Position numbers and translations under genes: made by a program. From the NCBI GenBank assembly GCA_004431415.1, contig QPMI01000517.1, positions 136,676 through 200,675 on the forward strand: a stretch of 64,000 nucleotides of DNA, read 5' to 3'. Below, piece after piece: positions 44,543 to 58,125 of the stretch (position 1 is its first letter; every line of letters begins with the position of its first letter). The notes under the pieces are model-generated. The model saw only the letters and a list, made by a program, of their open reading frames with translations, searched no databases and was not told the DNA's origin. This stretch comes from Cyanophora paradoxa CCMP329 (taxonomy: Eukaryota > Plantae > Glaucophyta).

Positions 44543-47500
44543 CTAAAAGATTGAGGCCTCCTCGAGGGGCTTGGGGGGCGCCGCCGGCGCCGGCGCCGCC
44601 GCCTCGCCCTTGGGCTTCTTCGCGGCGGGGCCGGCCTCCTCCGCCCCGGGACCCGCCCCAGCGCCCTTGCCCTTGCCCTTGCCTGCGCACCGCGCGCGCC
44701 CAGTCAGAGTCAGAGGAGGCGAGGCCGACAGACAGCAGCTGCCCCCGGATTATTATTATTAGAGCAACGGAATATAAAAGACGGCCCCGAAGCCGCCTCA
44801 AACTATGAACTTAAAAGACGGCCCGGGAGCCGCCTCCGCGACGAAGCGCCAAACGGGCGGGAGTCTTTCGGACCTTTGCCCTTGCCCTTGGCCGACGAGG
44901 AGGAAGAGGAGACCATGGACGCGAGGGTGGCCTGCGAGGCGGACGGAGGGATACCGGATTCAAATTCGAAGGGCGAGGCCGGGAGGGGGACCCCCGTCCT
45001 AATTCGATTTCCTTCCCTTGGATTCCCTTCATAAGAGCCAAGCATCATATCGATACCGTTATATTTCAGGCGCGGGGCGCGGGCCTCCTATCCGTAGACT
45101 CCGGCTTTTTAGATTCCGAGGCCCTGGGGGCGGGCCGGGGCGCGGGGCGCGGGCACCTGGACGGCGACGGGCCCGCCGGCCGCCCGCTGCTCCAGCGTCC
45201 GCACCTTCGCCACGTACGCCTGCGCCCCGGCGAGTGAGAGGGGGCGGAGGACCTCAGAAGGGAGGGGGGGGAGGAGGGGGGGGGGGGGGCGGCTCGGTGC
45301 AGCTGAAGCCGCGCTCGAAGCTGCCGGAGCAACGTGGGGGCGAGGGGGCGGGCGGCTTGAGTAGAGTGAGATTGAAGCTCCTATGAAAAGCGCGGGGGAC
45401 CGGGCCGGCTCGAGCTTGCGCTCGAGGCCGCCAAAGGTTTTAAGCTCTTATTTATTATTGCTAAAAGTAAAGATTCCAAAGCTTAGAGCTCTTACTGGAT
45501 GTTGAAGTGCAGGTTTCAAAGCTTTGATGTTTTTATGAAAGCTTAAAGAAAAGATTCCAGAGCTTCAGTTCTTATTAAAGCTCGCCTTGATGTCGAGCTT
45601 GCGCTCGAGGCCGCCGGCGTTCATGTAGCGGATGAGGCCGAAGACGGGGCGCTCGGGGCCCCACGGCCGGTCGTGCTTGCCTGCGGCGGCGGCCGGGCCC
45701 GGTCCGTCAGCCGAGCAAGCCTCATAAAGCCTCAGGGAGAAGAAGGGAGCCTCTACCCCCCCTCCTCCCCCCCCCTCGCCCCCCGCCCCTCGCACCGAAG
45801 ACCCAGGCGACGCCGGTGAAGGAGTTGGGGCCCCGCCCGTCCAGCTCGTACCTGCCCCGCGCCGCCAGCGTGAGGGGGGTAGAGGGGGGAGGGGGGGTAG
45901 AGAAGGGGGGTCTTAACATTCTATCAGATTCTATCTGATCTATTAGCTCCTTCTATCAGATTCTATCATTCTTCTCCTATTGCGCGCACTTGTTGTTGAG
46001 GTATAGGGCGGTCTCGAAGGCCTCCTTCGGGTCCCGCGTCCACTCCAGGATCTTCTTGCCCCAGTACATCCTGGGGGGGGGGGGGGGGGGGGGGGGAAGC
46101 GTCAGAGGGGGAGACGAAGAGCCAGGAAGAAGGCGGGGGGGGTGGGGGGGATAGAGATAGGCGGGCCCTCTAGATCTTGATCTAGATCCTCTAGAATCTA
46201 GGCAGCGGCCCGCGCTCACCGCATGTAGTTGTGCATCTTTCCGGTGATGACCATCTCCTTCTGCGAGGCGTTCCCGAGGTCAGCCGGGCAGAGGTCAAGG
46301 CGGCAGAGGTCGAGGCGAGTAGGGTCCAGCCCAGCCCACGGCCAGCATGGACCTGGGAGGCCCGGGGGCCTATCCCCGCCTAGCCCAGGCCCGGCCTAGA
46401 TGGAGGGACGGCTTCCAAATCCGACCTGGGAGCGCGGACCTTCAAGGGGCCTTATTAAAAGCCCTGGCACATACATAATGCTTCGCTTCGTTTAGTTCAT
46501 TTTAGTTTTTGGATACTCGCGAGGCACTGGAGACTTAGTTCCCCTCCACGTCTGCCGGGCGCCTACTGGAACGCCTCCCAGGTCAGGAGCGCGGACCTGG
46601 GAGGCATTCCAGTAGGCGCCCGGCATAGGGACCCAGGGCCCAGCATATCCCTGCCCGACCCAGCCCGGCCCATCCTATCCTTGGCGTGGCCGGCGCGGAC
46701 CTGGGAGGCGTTCCAGTAGGGGTCGGCCGTCCGCCCCGCCTCCAGGTCCCCCCGGCTGTACACCTTCTCCCGGTGGTCCTGCGGGGCGCGATCGGCATCC
46801 GACCGGCTAAGCTTGATATCTAGGTGCCTTCCCTCCATCTATATCTCAGCGGAGGGAGCTGGGGGTGAGCCCGGGTGCCCGGCGGGAGCTGGGGGTGAGC
46901 CCAGGCTCTCGGGCGCGATCTCAGGCCTAGGTGGGCCGATAACCGACCGGCTAAGCTTGATATCTAGGTGCCGTCCCTCCATCTAGACCGACTAAGGCTA
47001 TCCTAGCCTTGAGCTTGGCTTTGGCCGCGCGGCGACGCACGGGCTTGTGCTTCTCGAGGCTCTTGCGGGCCCAGTCGGGGAGGCCCTCGTACTTGTCGTA
47101 GCGGTCGTTGTACTGGCAGAAGTTCATGCTCAGCTCCCGCCGCACCTGCGGGGCGACGTCGGCGTCGGGGCGGGGAAGGGGATGGTGGCGGGGTGGGGGT
47201 GGGGAGGGGGGGGAGGAGGGGAGGTGGGGGGGGGGGTGGGGGGTGGGGGCTTGTACTAGAGGGGGCTGGTACTAGAGCGGGGGAGCTGTGTTAGATGTTA
47301 GGGAGCGCTAGCTATAGCGGCCGGACCGGCCCAGAGGCCGGGCCCAGGGCCGGAAGGGGGGCCTGGCCCCGGCCCGGAGGGGGAGAGGAGGAGGGGAAGG
47401 AAAGGGTGGGAGGGGGTGGGGTGGGCCCGGAGGGCGGCCGGCTAGGGGGCTAGGGGGCGGCCCGGGCGGGGCACATGGCCGGGCGGGGGGGGATACGGGT

Positions 47501-50500
47501 CCGCTCGGTCGGGAGGGTGAGGGGGGGGGGATGGAGGGAGGGGTACGGGCGCACGACGAGCTCCTCGATGTAGGACTTCTTGGCCTCGGCGTTCGTCGCC
47601 CGGCGGGAGACCTCCAGCGCGATCCGCAGCGGCGAGATCTGTACCCCCCCGGCGGCGGTTAGCTCGGCTCGAGGCGAGGAGAGACGAGGAGGGCAGTTAG
47701 CTGGGCGCGTCTACACAGGAAAGCGGCTAGCTCGCATCCCCGCCTCCCCCCTTGCTCCCCGGCCCGCCCCCGCCCCCGCCTAGATAGCAAGGCGGCTAGC
47801 TCGCTGGCTGGACGTCGCCCCCGCCCCCGCCCCGGAACGCTCCGGGTTCGACCCCGGCCGAAGGCGGACCTGCCCAAAGTGAAGGTAGGGCGACATGTGC
47901 GATACGTAGTCCTCGCTGCGCGCGGAGGAATGAGAAGAAGCGCGCAGCTTGCTTATAAGATCCATATATATGAGATCCTTAGATGATTCCTTAGAAGGAA
48001 GAAGAAGAAGAGGAGGAGGAGGAGGCGGCGGCGCGCGCCAGCCAAGCGAGGAAGCGAGCGAGCTCGTTTAATACAAGGGAGAGCAAACTCAGATCGAGCG
48101 GGATCGATCGCACCTCGGCTCGTTGCGCTTGTCGGCGTAGTGTCGCAGCTTCCGCTCGATGAACTCCTGGGGGGGAGAAGTCAGCGGGGCGAAACTATAA
48201 GGATCTTATATAGATCTTATAAGGATCTTATAAGGATCTCCTAAGGGCGGCCGCTGGGCCTTTGTACGATAAGGATCTTACAATCTTTGCATGATAAGGA
48301 TTTTATAAGGATCTTATAAAAATCTTCTAAGGATCTTTTAAGCTGGGGACTCAGCGGGGGCATAGCTGGCCCTGGGCGGGGGGGGCCGCCCGGGGCGGGC
48401 GGGGCGGGCGGGAAGGCGGGGGGCAAGCCTCGAGGTGGCGGCTCAATAAATCACATGTACAGGACCTTCTTTGAAACCCTCGAAAGTACAAGGTACTATA
48501 AGGATCTCATAAGATTCTTAAATGAAAGGCTATATTTCGGGCTATAGCGAACTCGCCTCGAGGTGGCGGTTGGCCTCCGACTCGCCCCCGATGTACGTCG
48601 CCACGCGCGGCACCGCCCGGTCGATCTGCGCGGCGCCGGCGTGAGCGGCGGGAGGGCGGCCGGGGCGGGGGCGGGCCGGTGCGGAGGTAAGCGGGGCGGG
48701 GGCGAGCAAAGGGAGGGGCGGGGACGCGGGGACGAGCGAAGGGCGGGGGCGAGAGGCGACCGGAACGGGGCGGGCGGGGAAGGGGGGGGGGGGGAGGGAG
48801 GCTTGGGGGGACGGTAGTGGGGTTAGGGACGGCGGGGCCGGGGGCGGGCAGGCGGGCGGAAGCTTCGGGGCGGGCGGGCGGGCCTGGAGGGAGGCGGGCG
48901 AAGGGCGGGGCGAGGGCGAGCGAAGGGCGGGGGCGGGGAACGACCGGAACGGGTCGGGGGAGGGGAGGGGAGGGGGGGTAAGGGGGGGGGGGAGGGGAGG
49001 GGGCGGGGAGTGGGGGGAGGGGCGGCGGGGAAGGGGGCGGCAGCCCGAGCGCCCCAAGCTCCCCTAAAGCGAGGCGAGGCGAGGCGAGGCGAGGCAGGGC
49101 GGGCGGGCGGGCGGGCGGGCGGGGGCGAGCGACCGAATGGGGCGGGCGGGCGGGCGGGCCGGTGCGGGAGCTAAGCGGGGCGGGGCGGGCGAGAAGGCGG
49201 GCGGGCCTGGAGGGAGGCAAGGGCGGCGGAGACGTCGGAGAGGTCGAGGGCGCGCCCGCCGTCCGGCACGCTGAGATCCGTCGAGCGGTGCTTCACCGCC
49301 ACCTCCGCCACCGGCACCTGCGCCAAGAAGCTTAGGAAGAGAGGCTAAACTTGGAGAGAGGGAGAGAAAGGATGCGCCGGCGCCGCGCTAAAGCTTAGGC
49401 TAAAGCTTAGGAAGAGGCAGCGCAGCTTAGAGAGCTAAGGCTCTTCCTAAGCTCTTAGCTATAGCGGACCGAGCTGCGCAGCTTCGGGCTAAGCTTCGGG
49501 GAGAAAGCTGCGCAGCCCGAAGCTTAGGGAGAGAGGCTAAACTTGGCCGGGCTCGGCAGAAGCTTTGGGAGAGAGACGAGGCGCCGGCGCCGGCGCCGCG
49601 CAGCACCCAGAACTTGGCCCCCTAGCTAGGCCTTGGGTCTTCGCGGTGAGGCTGCTAGGCGGTCAACGGCCTAAGCCTAGACGGCCTAGGCTTAGGCCGC
49701 TGGCCGCGCAGAGAGAAATAGAGCAGCGCAGCCCGCGGGACTGGGCCCACGTCTGGCATGGCCCGAAGAGCTCGGCTGCTGGCGCCCGCCGGAGAGGGAG
49801 AGGCTTCGGCTTAGACCGAGGCTTGGGGAGAGGCTTAGCAGGGGGGCGCCGGACCTGCGCAGCCCCTAGGACTTGGCCCCCTAGCTAGGCCTTGGACCCT
49901 CTAAAAAAAATGGACTTCAGCCCATAAAGCTGGGCCTAGGACGAGGCTAGGAGATGGGGGGCGCCAGCCCCGACGCCGCGCAGGCCCGCCGCCTATGCAC
50001 CGTCTAGGCCCCAGCCCCCAAGGCTAGGCCGCCAGAGCCGCGCACCAGGTACTGCCGCAGCTTGTTCATGATCTTCGGCCGGATCGTCCGCGCCGCGTAC
50101 TCCTCCTGGGGGGGAGGAGAGGGGGGTAAGACAGGGGAGGCGGGGGGGGGAACAGCAGCAGCGGCGGCGGGCCCGCCTTCTCGCTCGCGATCTCGACGGG
50201 TACGACGACGTTGTCCTCGATCTGCGCGGGCGCGTCGGGCGCGTCGGGCGCGTCCCGAGGAAGGAAAGGGCTCCGAGAGAAAAAAAGGGGGGGGGGAAGG
50301 ATGGGGGGGAGGAACCTGTACGACCTGGCACGGGACCGCGCCGGCGACCTTCTCCCGCCACAGCCGCTGTATCCTGAGGTACCTGTATACGGGCGAAACG
50401 AAGCGCGCGGCGTGAGCGGAAGGCAGCGGAGGCGGGGGCGTGATTGGAAAGAAGGGAAGGGACGCGCCCGCGGTCGACGACGAGGAGGCAGGCGCGCTTG

Positions 50501-51066
50501 GCGAGCTCGACGGCGGCCAGCTCCGGGCTCAGCTTCCACACGACGAGCTTCACGCCGCGCTCCGCGAACCGCCGCTGCGCCTCCGCCACGCCCTCGAGCA
50601 TGAACGCGTAGTGCCGCTCGCTGGCTTCGGGGTAGCTACGGGCGCGTGCGCGCGCGCGGTGAGATGGCGGCCCCGCGCGGACGGGGCCGCGCCCCGCTTT
50701 GCGCACTTGTCCGTCACCCCGAAGAAGGCCAGGACGGGCTTGCCGAGCTCGTTCGCGCGCCGGATCGCGTGCTGCGTCGAAGCGGGTCAACGGCCGGCGC
50801 GCGGCGGCGGCGCGCGCGCGAGTTCGAACCTCCAGCGCGAAGTTCAACTGCACGCGCACGCTCCCCTGTACCCAGAGAAGCACGTAGTCGCCGCCGTCCA
50901 CCACCTTCTTGCTGTTCAGCAGCTGGATCCGGTCCTTGGGAACCTCGGCGAGCGCCTCGCCCGTCCCGACGTCCGCGGCGGAGTCGCTGGCCTCGGACTC
51001 GTCCCCGCTGCTCTCATCCTTGACCTTCTTCTTCGACGCTGCGGCACGCTTCTTCTCTCCCGCCAT
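44543..51066 (-). CDS. phr: Class II CPD DNA photolyase, multi-exon
   Basis: [105 protein letters not shown]. One apparent 1-nt deletion in the last exon. Confidence 0.93.
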
Positions 51067-51550
51067 AGCTGCTGCTGGTCCCACTGGTGCCGTGCACGTG
51101 CTGTAGAAGACGCGCGCGCAACTGAACGCGCGGCGATCAGCCAGAGTCAACGGCGTGCGATAGCAGCGCTAGAAATGTAGCAATCGAGAGCGCACCTGGG
51201 CCTGGGCTCGAATTCGAATGCGCGTTCGAGGCCTCGGCACGCGCCCCTGAAGAACGGCCGCGCGGACCAGCTGGGACGCTGGAGGCAGACGCGCTGGATG
51301 CCCTGTAGGCTGCGGGCTGGATGTGGCGGCGCGAACGATGCGACCAGCAGGAACGCGGACATCAATACCCCCCCAAGCCAACCTGAAAAGCCTGCAGGGC
51401 CGCTAAATCGGCGGCAGCGACTCGCCGAGAGCGAGCATCGCAACCGGCGGGGACTGTAGGACAGTCGGCGGGAAGCGCGGGTGGACCAGGGCTCTCTCGC
51501 CGGCTTCAGGCGTCGGCGCAGCGACCGCAGTGCAGCCGCTTCAAGAGGAG

Positions 51551-51877
51551 ATGGACGAGCCCCCGAGACCGCCTCCCGGCGGCCCGGCGAACGCCAAGCT
51601 GGCGCCGGATGCGGACGAGGGAACAGGAACCCCGGGGCAGCGAGGGGCGGCCGCGGGCGCCGTTCAGGCCCGGCAAGGGCAGGATCAAGTGCAAGATGTG
51701 TTCGGCGGCGCGCCGGTGAGCCGCCCTAGCGGCTGTGTCCCCTAAGACTCCCCTTTGACCACATTGCGCTCCCTCTGAACTCGGATCTCCGCGCAGATCG
51801 TCCTCGTTGCGGCGATCTTCATCCTCTTCCTGTTGAACGCGATTGGCTCAGTCCGCAGCTACTATTGCACGTGTTAG
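51551..51877 (+). CDS. Small two-exon protein (~82 aa) with a C-terminal transmembrane segment
   Basis: Phase-0 GT-AG intron 51716-51796; exon 2 reads IVLVAAIFILFLLNAIGSVRSYYCTC*. Confidence 0.55.
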
Positions 51878-52085
51878 CCTAGACCCGCTTCGGCACCCGC
51901 AGGCGGTGACGGGACCGGATCCCCGAGCGCCGCAGCATGCATCTGCACTGTACATACACTCGCTTCGCCACTTTCTTGATATTCTTTCACTCGCAGTACA
52001 TTAGGTCGTGTCCCTCGTGTGCATATATCGTAATTAAGTTCTCTCCGGTCCCACAATCCTCGCTCATCTATCTTGATCTGCGACT

Positions 52086-53593
52086 CTAGCTCTTGGCCTC
52101 GTCCTCCTCGGCCGGCTTCGGGGGCGGCGCCCGCGCCTTGGCCAGCGCCCGCCCCACGGAGGCGATGTACAAGGCGAGCCCCACCAGCCCCAGGGTCGGG
52201 CCGGCCTTGCCCACCTGCGCTCCGCGTCGGGACGGGACGCGACGGGCGCCTACAGCCATAGAAATTTGAATTTGAATTTAAGTGCGCACGGCGGTCTTGG
52301 AGAGGTCTTCGGCGAGGCCGGCCCTCTGCGCCACGGCCTGCAGCAGGACCTGCCGCCCCGCCGCCGTCGCGATGACGCTGTCCAGCCCCCTGGGGACCTG
52401 CGCGAACGAAGTGTTATTTAGTATAAGGCGAAGAGAAAGGATGGGTGGGTGGATGCGAACCGGGCCGGAGGAGGCGAGGGCCCCCCGCAGGTTCGAGAGG
52501 AGCTCGGAGGCCAAAGGGTCCGAGGCCTCCGGCGTCTGCTTCACGGCCGCGGCCCGCAGGGCGCCCATCGCGTGGGCCAGGCCCGGCTCGGCCGCCGCCC
52601 GCGCGAACTCCGAGAGCAGGAGGTCGTACACTGCGGAGGGGCCCCGTCTTCTATGAGATGAAACAGAGCAACAGAGCACGAATATGTGTTGTAAGTAGGA
52701 TTTCATCCTTAAGTGCGTTTATAGAAGTGCATTTGTAAGCGCGCACCGGCGGCGGGCCCCGTGCGGTCGGGCTCCTTGCCCTGCTCCTCGGGCCCCGGGG
52801 CGGACTCGAGCGAGGCGAGCCGGGCGAGCGAGGGCCCGCGGCCGACGGTGGCGGCGACGCCCATCGCCGCGAGCGTGCCGTCCAGCACGAGGGCGTCCAG
52901 AACGAAGCGGGCGGCCACCTCCTCGGCGTCCGGCGGCGCCGGCTTCTCCGCAAACCGCATCCGCGGGTCCTTCTTCTCGACGACGGCCGCCTCGATCTGC
53001 CTTAGGCGCGCCAGCAGCTGTCGCCCGCGTGAGCTGCCGCGCGCGCAGCGGAGGCCTAGGGGCCCCACCTTCTCCAGCAGCTCGCGGGCGCGCGGCCTGA
53101 GCGTCTTGTGCTTGCTGACGACGCGGGGCGGGCTGGCCGCCCACTCCTGCAGGAGCCTGTGCGCCGTCTCCTTCTCCACAGGAACGGCGAATCCGTCCCT
53201 TAGGCTCTCCTCGGACGGGCCGACGACCGCGAGGAAGAGCTGGGGCGCCCTCATTAGCACAGCGCGCTTGCACAGGAGAGAGTTTGTGAGAGTTGTTTTG
53301 CAGCGGGGGGGGCTTAGCTGAGCGGCCTCTAAGGTCTGCAGTGCTGCCGGTTCACGGTCCGCCGCGCTAGATAGCTTAGCTAAGCTAAGCGGCTTGTGCC
53401 GAAACGGGGGTGTGCGGTCCTCTAGTCCTCTGGCCAAAGCTAGGCCTAGGAATGCACGCACCGAGCTCAAGTACTCTATTGCTGCTGCTGCGACAGCGTC
53501 CACGGGAGCAGCGGGTGCAGCGGGTGCCTCGGCTGGTGGGGGCGGCGCCGGTGTCTCACCACCTTCCCGCTCACCCTCCACGATCGGATCCAT
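52086..53593 (-). CDS. Hypothetical multi-exon helical protein with a C-terminal hydrophobic segment
   Basis: Protein-like exon blocks separated by GTGCG..CAG-type introns; ends TLGLVGLALYIASVG..EDEAKS*. Confidence 0.55.
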
Positions 53594-53776
53594 GTGTTCT
53601 GCAGCTAGCCGCGGGCTCGGTTCTGCAGATAGCCGCGGGCTCGCTGGTGGTTTGGGATGCAGCACCCCGGCAACTTGTACCCGACAACGGGCAGGTTCAT
53701 TCGCCTACCCGGGGTCAAGAACAGGTTCAGCAGCCGCAGCGGCGGCTCAGCGCCCATTCGTTCTGGGAGCGTCCGG

Positions 53777-54446
53777 ATGCGTTGCCCCTTCATTCGAGGG
53801 GTGTTCTTCGCTCGGCTCGGCAGCGGCCGGCGACTGACTCGGCACCTTTACCAGCGCCTCCGAGGCTTCTCTACTGCGAAGCAGGCCATCCAGATCCAAG
53901 CTAGGCCCTTTCTAGCCAGCCACCGCAATGAAGGCGCGAAGCCGGAGGAAATGAATTGGGAGTCTGGGTCTAGAAGCGCCCGTGCGCCCGTGCTTTGCCC
54001 GCTTTGCCCTTGCAAACGCTTCCTCTTGCATTGGTCTCGTGTCTCACTGGGTCTCGTACAGCGCACAACCCCACGGAGGCGTCAAACCCAGATGAACTGC
54101 CCGCGGAGGAAGCCAGCCCGGCCCGGGTCGCCCGCGTGGTGGCAGAAGGCGGCGCTGAGCCCGCTCTGCGGTTAATAGGCGGCTCTAGTGCAGTAGAAAG
54201 CCCGGAGATCGAGGTCAGCGTGCCGGCCACCGTCGATGCGCATGCGCGGCGGAGACCTGCGGAGGCGACGCGAATGCGCTTCCAGGTCCGCAGCCACGAG
54301 AACATCACCATCAAGGTGCGAAATCAAAGCCATCCCGCCCCCGAGCTCCGGCCGCTCACTCCCCCGCGCAGACGGTGAAGGCGGATGCCGTCGTGGAGGG
54401 AAGCCCCCTGGAGAAATGGGGGAGGAGCCTGGTGGCCGGCCCGTAG
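53777..54446 (+). CDS. Hypothetical three-exon protein, possible mitochondrial presequence
   Basis: Arg-rich, acid-free N-terminus. Frame-compatible introns at ~53982-54061 and 54315-54371. Confidence 0.4.
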
Positions 54447-55032
54447 GCCTAGCAAAATTAGTATGATTAAGTCGTTAAGGGGCTCTCAGAAGCCCTCGCA
54501 CATAATGCTTCGCTTCATTTAGTTCCATTGGAGACTCGCGTCGAATGTAATTGTAACATAGGTAGCCCCACCTAAAGAACTTCGTCGGCTCTTCAATCTA
54601 AAGTGTGTATGTCCTGAGGGTTTCGGCCCGGCGGGCCTGTAAGGCTGCACGCCAGTGCCAGGCCGCCTGCAGCGTCACAGACTCGGCAACAGTACCATCA
54701 TAGTACAGCGCCAGCTAGTACCGCGGTGGCCATGCATATGGGGGGCGGCACGCATGCACGCCTCGCGTGCATGCAGCTTGAGATCGCGAGGGCCGGCCCG
54801 TGGAAAGAAATGTGGTAATATGGACAGTTTCGCGCTGCACAATCCTAGCGGCTGTACTCTACACGAAATGGATGGAAAAAGTGCGACATTGCGGCGGTGG
54901 AGTGCGAGGAAAGTTATTGAACTGTGGAGAACCTGATCACTTGCGGATGGGGGCGGCCGCGACGTTGCGCACGCTGGCGGGCGGTCAGCCCCGCGGTGGG
55001 GCGGGGCGGAGCGGAACGGTCCACGAAAGGGC

Positions 55033-57825
55033 TCAGGAGCGAGCGCACTCATACTTCCATACGCGGGCGCGGAAGTCGCCCGAGCCCGTGGCGAACACGC
55101 CGCCGCCGTTCGGGCTCATCGCCACGCTGATCACTGCGCGGACGGACGGCGAGTGAGCGGCGCGCCGCCGACAGGGCCCGGGGTGGGGGTTGGGGGTTGG
55201 GGGGGTACCCGAGTTCTTGTGGCCCTGGAGCATGAAGTGAGTCACGCCTGAGCGGGGGTCCCAGAACTGGACGGAGCGGTCCTTGGAGCCGGAGACGAGG
55301 TACGAGCCGTCCGGGCTGAACGCGACCGAGAGCACGAAGTCCTTGTGCCCCACGAAGGTCGTGCGGCACTTGGGCCGCCCGCCCGAGCGCATGCCGCTCG
55401 AGGTGAGGTCCCACAGCTTCAGCGACTTGTCGAGGGAGCCGGACGCGAGGGAGCGGCCGTCCGGGCTGAACGCCACTGAGTAGACCGAGTCGCTGTGGCC
55501 CTCGAACCGCTCGACGCACTGGCCCGTCGTCGCGTCCCACAGCCGCACGATTCGGTCCAGCGAACCCTGCGAGGCTTAGTCAGGCTCGCGTCGCTCCGCT
55601 CCGCTTCGCTGCGAACGAAGCGATGGGTGCGCGCACGGCGGCGACGAGGCGGCCGTCGGGGCTGATGGCGACCGACGTGACGCCGTCCTTGGGGCCCGAC
55701 TCGTCGGTCCCGAGGGTGTAGAGACACTTCGCGTTGGCTATGTCCCAGAGCTTGGCGCGGCAGTCGCCCGAGCCGGAGACCAGGAAGCGGCCGTCTCGGC
55801 TGAAATCAAGCGAGTAGATGTCCAGCTCGTGGCCCGTGAAGGCGTACCGCAGCCGCCGGTTCTCGATGTCCCACACCTGTTGTTGAGAGTCAGTCAGGCG
55901 GGCGGGGCGGGGCGGGGCGGGGCGGGGCGCGCGCGCCTTGACGATGCGGTCCTCGGCGCCGGCGGCGAGGAAGCGGTTGTCCGGGCTGAAGCAGACGGCC
56001 CGAACGTAGCTGTCCTCCTTGCCTTCAGCTGGGGGCGCCCCGTTCTCCCCGTCGCGGCCCTCGTCGTAGAAAACCCTACCCGAGCAAGCGAGCGCAGAGT
56101 TAGCCAAGGAAGGGAGAGAGAGCAGCGGGAGAGAGAGAGCACGCACGCGACTTCCTTGCCAGACTCGACATCGTAGATCTGGGCGGTGTTGTTGCAGCCC
56201 GTCGCCAGCAGCCGCCCGTCCTGCGAGAAGCTCACGCAGCACACGACGCTCCCGTGCTCCACGCTGTGCATCAGGTCCAGGTTGAGGTTCTGCACTTGGA
56301 CCGACGGGTTCACCCTGGGGTGCCGGCAGGCCGCGCCGTGAGGCCCCGCCCGGCCAGTGGGGAAGAGGCGGGGCGGGCGGGGCGCGTACACTATGAACCA
56401 GTCGTTTCCTTCCTTCTTCATGACGCCGGGCTGGTCGGTCGGGGGCGGCGCGTCCGGCCCGTCGCGGATCACCGGCGACGCGTCCTTGCGGTCCTCAGAG
56501 GGTCGGCCAGAGGCAGACGCGCCGTCCGGCGGGAAATCGGAGTCCCGCCGCGTGCCGTCGAGGTCCGCGCCGCGCCCCCGGTGCGCCCGGGCGCGCATCT
56601 GTGGCGAGCCTGGGCCGTTGTCCGGCGCGTCCCGCATCGAGGGAATGGGGCCCTCGTCCTTGCGCCCGTCCTTCGCAAAAGAAGAAGAAAGGATGTTAGG
56701 TCGTGAATGGGGGCGATCGGGAGCTCGGGGGCATACCTTGCCAGAGCCTAGGAAGGGAGAGGAGCGCGGGGCGCGCGGCGAGTCAGACGCGGCAGAAGTT
56801 CAGCGAACAAGGAGCGCGGTCACCTTCTCCTTCCGGCCGCCGCTTGAGGGGCGGGCCGCCCTTGTCCAGGGGCGGCACGGGGTACGCGCCCCGCTTGCCA
56901 GCCGCACCGGCATCCGAACCCGGCCCCGGCCCTGGTATCGGCGGCGGAGGGAGGGAGCCGGGCGGGTAGTAGCCGCCAGGAGCGCCCGGGGGCGGGGGGA
57001 GCGGCCCGCCCGGGTGTTGGAGCATTCCGGCGGGCATGGGCAGGCCCGGGCCCGGGCCCGGCTCTCCCGGGCGAGGCTGGCCCGGCATCGTAACTGTGCG
57101 CGGTAGATCAGGAAAGGCGATGAGTCGGGTAGCTTAGCGTGGCGTACGCTTCTCCAGCAGCCCGTTGTTCGGACGCATGATGCCCATGGGCCCTTCGGGA
57201 CCGGTGGGCCGCGCGGGCCCAGGACCGGCGTTGTTGCTTGATCCAACCATTGCGACGCCACTGCCGCTCGCCGCTGCGCGTGCGTGTTCGGAAAGCGGAA
57301 TGGGGCCGCGGGCACGATGACTTACGCGGGAAGTCCTGCACGCTCGGAGGGGGCCTGCCTGCGCGCAGAGCTTCGTTTTCACGCCTGAGAATCATAATCT
57401 GCTCCTCATATCTGCGGCGACACCGCGAGGGGTTCGTGAGAGGGCGACTCGAGCACAGGTGAGCAGCGTGGGCGCCGCGCACTGTTTCTTCGATTGTTGG
57501 AAAGCCTGATCGAGCGCAACCAGGTTCGCCTGTATATGCTGGAGTTCACCGATCTGTGCCTCCACTGTGTGCGAAAAGGAGGAGTAAGGAGGCTTGAAAG
57601 ACGATTGGGCAAAGCGAGGGGCGGGTGCCGCGGTTGACAGCGAACAACCGCCTGTAGCAAAAGTGGCCCACGTAAACACAACTTACATTTCCTTTCGCAC
57701 TCATCCCGCTGGTTGCGGTAGATGGTGGATTCCTCGCCGACCGCCTCGCACTCACGCTTGAGGTGCTCTAGGAGCTCCGCGATTCTGCTTGCCTGGCCGC
57801 CGACTGGCCTACCGTGCGGGAACAT
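55033..57825 (-). CDS. TUP1: Tup1-like transcriptional corepressor (Tup_N coiled coil + WD40 propeller)
   Basis: N-terminal [33 protein letters not shown] region [79 protein letters not shown]. Confidence 0.9.
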
Positions 57826-58125
57826 GGTCGCACAGGAAGGTCCTCACGCGTGCCCCAGTCCTCGGCCGTCGAAATCGAGCGGTCCCTCCCCACTCGAAGC
57901 TCTCCGCCCGATACTATCGGGCAGCGGAATCAGTCGGGATAGGGAGAAGGAAGACGGAGCTTGGGCGCCGGCGATTCGAACCTCGAGAGCACGCCCTCGT
58001 CGCACAGCTGTGCACACAGGAAAGCTTCTATAGCAGCCCGCGCGGTCGATTGAGGGAGCCAGAGAACCCTAACTAAGATCGACTGCTTCGTCGGAGGGGG
58101 GTAAGTCCAAGGGGGCGTACACAAA

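Noticed and set aside
54612-54645. Hammerhead-like stem plus GAAAC on the minus strand
   Set aside because: The required CUGANGA core is missing (reads gccttaca).
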